From: an uncultured archaeon
GTDB lineage: Archaea > Thermoplasmatota > Penumbrarchaeia > JASLWR01
Assembly (NCBI GenBank): GCA_964430885.1
Contig: CAYSHM010000035.1
Span: 1 to 18,172 of the forward strand
Length of the DNA stretch: 18,172 nucleotides
Direction: 5' to 3'
The position numbers and the translations under genes are program-made. Positions 16,541 to 18,172 of the stretch are shown piece after piece. How positions within the stretch are numbered: position 1 is the first letter of the stretch; every line of letters begins with the position of its first letter. The notes below the pieces were generated by a model. That model had not been told where the DNA came from. It saw nothing but the letters and a program-made list of their open reading frames with translations, and ran no database searches.

Positions 16541-17989
16541 CTACTGGCTATCTTTGATTGCTTCATCTATTAGTTTTTCACCCTGAGAAAGCAGAAAATC
16601 AGCTCTTTTCCTGCTCATGGCATCGGAATATACCCGGAACAAAGGCTCGGTCCCGGACGGTCTGACCAATAACCAAGAATTATCATTATATATTCTCTTG
16701 AGTCCGTCAATGGTTATGTCCATCTTTTTATCCTTTGCAAGGTTCACATCCTCGTTGAACCTTTTCACAACTGAAGCATAGACTGAATCCTTGGATTGGT
16801 CCGAGCATCTTCTCTGGCCTTTGGCCTGATAGAAATCAGGGAAATCGTCCGCCAATTCAGCCAAAGTCATCTTCCTTTCAGCCATTATCTGCAGCAGGAA
16901 AAGAGTGGCAAGATTGCCGTCGCACCAGTGAACATCCTTGGCAAAATAATATTTTCCGCTCTCCTCATAGGCATATACTGCCTTATCCCCGTGTTCCATG
17001 AGTGCCCGCTCAGTATCAGGCTGGCCAATCCTACAGTATGCCATCTTCACCTCGTATTTCTCTGCGAGATAATCTATTAGACCTGAAGAGTTCACCGGGG
17101 TTATGCATACCGGATCGTCTACTTTCTCATCGGCGCATTTCTCAAAGATCCATTTTCCGAAAATGGCGCCTACTACATCCTCTGACACTACTTTGCCTTC
17201 TTCATCAATGAAAACGACCCTGTCAGCATCAACGTCAGTTGCAGCAGCAAGTTTAGCATTATGCTTCCGAAGGGCATTTATCGTAGAGTCCAGAGTGGTC
17301 GCCCTGGGCTCGGCAGAGCGGTCAGGGTTCCCTTTTCGGATATTATTTATAGCTGCAACCTTGATACCGCATCTCTTGACCATGGCAGGAAGAATATCCA
17401 CAGCAGTTCCGTTTCCCGGATCCAGTACTATCCTGAAATTCTTTTCAAGGGTTAATTCTGCAATAAATTCCCGATCGATAAGGGATAGTGCATGCTCCAT
17501 ATATCTCTCCATCCTCCCGGTCACAACCTTTCGTATACCAATATCATTCATGACCGAACGATCATCGGGGGACCCACATTCTGATTGACTGAAGTACAAT
17601 TCCTCAACTTCCAGAGCTTTTTTATCACTGATATAGCATGCATTGGAATCCATATAGATGAGGCCGATCCTATTTGGCGGCATATGGGAGCCAGTCACCA
17701 TAACTCCTCCCTTTCCGCCGAGCTCGATGATCGACAGAGCCAGGGCAGGAGTGGGCATTATTCCACAATCCAGAACATCCAGACCTGCAGAATTGAGACC
17801 TGCGGTGATCGCCTGGGTAAGCATCTGAGCACCGAACCGGGTATCCCTGGCCATTACAACCATTCCCTTTCCGCCCAACCATTTTCCGAAGGCATAGGAT
17901 AGTTCCATTGCCAGCATGGGAGTAATTTCAGTATTCGTTTCACCTCTTACACCTGATGTTCCGAACAATTTTGGTTTCTTCTCTGACAT
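16541..17989 (-). CDS. Alpha-D-phosphohexomutase family protein (phosphomannomutase/phosphoglucosamine mutase-like), 482 aa
   Basis: LFGTSGVRG, RDTR, PTP, phospho-Ser motif TGSHMP, metal loop DVDADR, YEESG and RPSGTEP. SD GGTGA at 17998-17994. Confidence 0.9.
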   Translation of the reverse strand: MSEKKPKLFGTSGVRGETNTEITPMLAMELSYAFGKWLGGKGMVVMARDTRFGAQMLTQAITAGLNSAGLDVLDCGIMPTPALALSIIELGGKGGVMVTGSHMPPNRIGLIYMDSNACYISDKKALEVEELYFSQSECGSPDDRSVMNDIGIRKVVTGRMERYMEHALSLIDREFIAELTLEKNFRIVLDPGNGTAVDILPAMVKRCGIKVAAINNIRKGNPDRSAEPRATTLDSTINALRKHNAKLAAATDVDADRVVFIDEEGKVVSEDVVGAIFGKWIFEKCADEKVDDPVCITPVNSSGLIDYLAEKYEVKMAYCRIGQPDTERALMEHGDKAVYAYEESGKYYFAKDVHWCDGNLATLFLLQIMAERKMTLAELADDFPDFYQAKGQRRCSDQSKDSVYASVVKRFNEDVNLAKDKKMDITIDGLKRIYNDNSWLLVRPSGTEPLFRVYSDAMSRKRADFLLSQGEKLIDEAIKDSQ

Positions 17990-18172
17990 AGTATCACCGA
18001 TAGAAATGTGTTTCCAGATTTAAATCTATACAGTTTTAGCCATACCCGTAATGAGATATATTGTTATCTATAAAATGTGAAATTGTTCCAGGGCACAATT
18101 AATTTTATATAGTATTGAATTTATTAATTTCTTCGCCTTTACCCGACTATTTCGGTAATGATCTTATTACAG

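Noticed and set aside
18016-18027. Perfect palindrome AGATTTAAATCT upstream of the mutase
   Set aside because: A single AT-rich 12-mer that could be chance or part of a promoter. There is no second copy to support an operator.

Overview
Archaeal-type chromosomal segment: GGTGA/GAGGTG Shine-Dalgarno motifs, TATA-like boxes, a PGF-CTERM protein, and NurA/HerA. Thermoplasmatota-like affinity is an inference. Left to right: a secreted PGF-CTERM surface protein with beta-helix, cadherin/Ig-like and Asp-rich Ca-binding repeats (+); a PMCA-like P-type ATPase (-); an aspartate-carbamoyltransferase-like enzyme lacking the aspartate-binding motifs (pseudo-ATCase, -); nurA-herA (-); a divergent, tightly coupled five-gene redox operon (+); and a phosphohexomutase (-). 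The operon at 10470-16502 is the main observation. It encodes a HydABC/NuoEFG-like NADH/ferredoxin module whose A (NuoG/FdhA-like) subunit is split and reordered. The C-terminal part, with a degenerate Mo/W site, is the first gene. The N-terminal [2Fe-2S] domain is fused to an HdrC-like domain in the fourth gene, directly before hdrB. There is no hdrA, hydrogenase or active formate dehydrogenase in the operon. This suggests an HdrA-independent, possibly electron-bifurcating NADH:heterodisulfide oxidoreductase. No database searches could be run, so novelty is unverified. No RNA genes, CRISPR arrays or mobile elements were seen.
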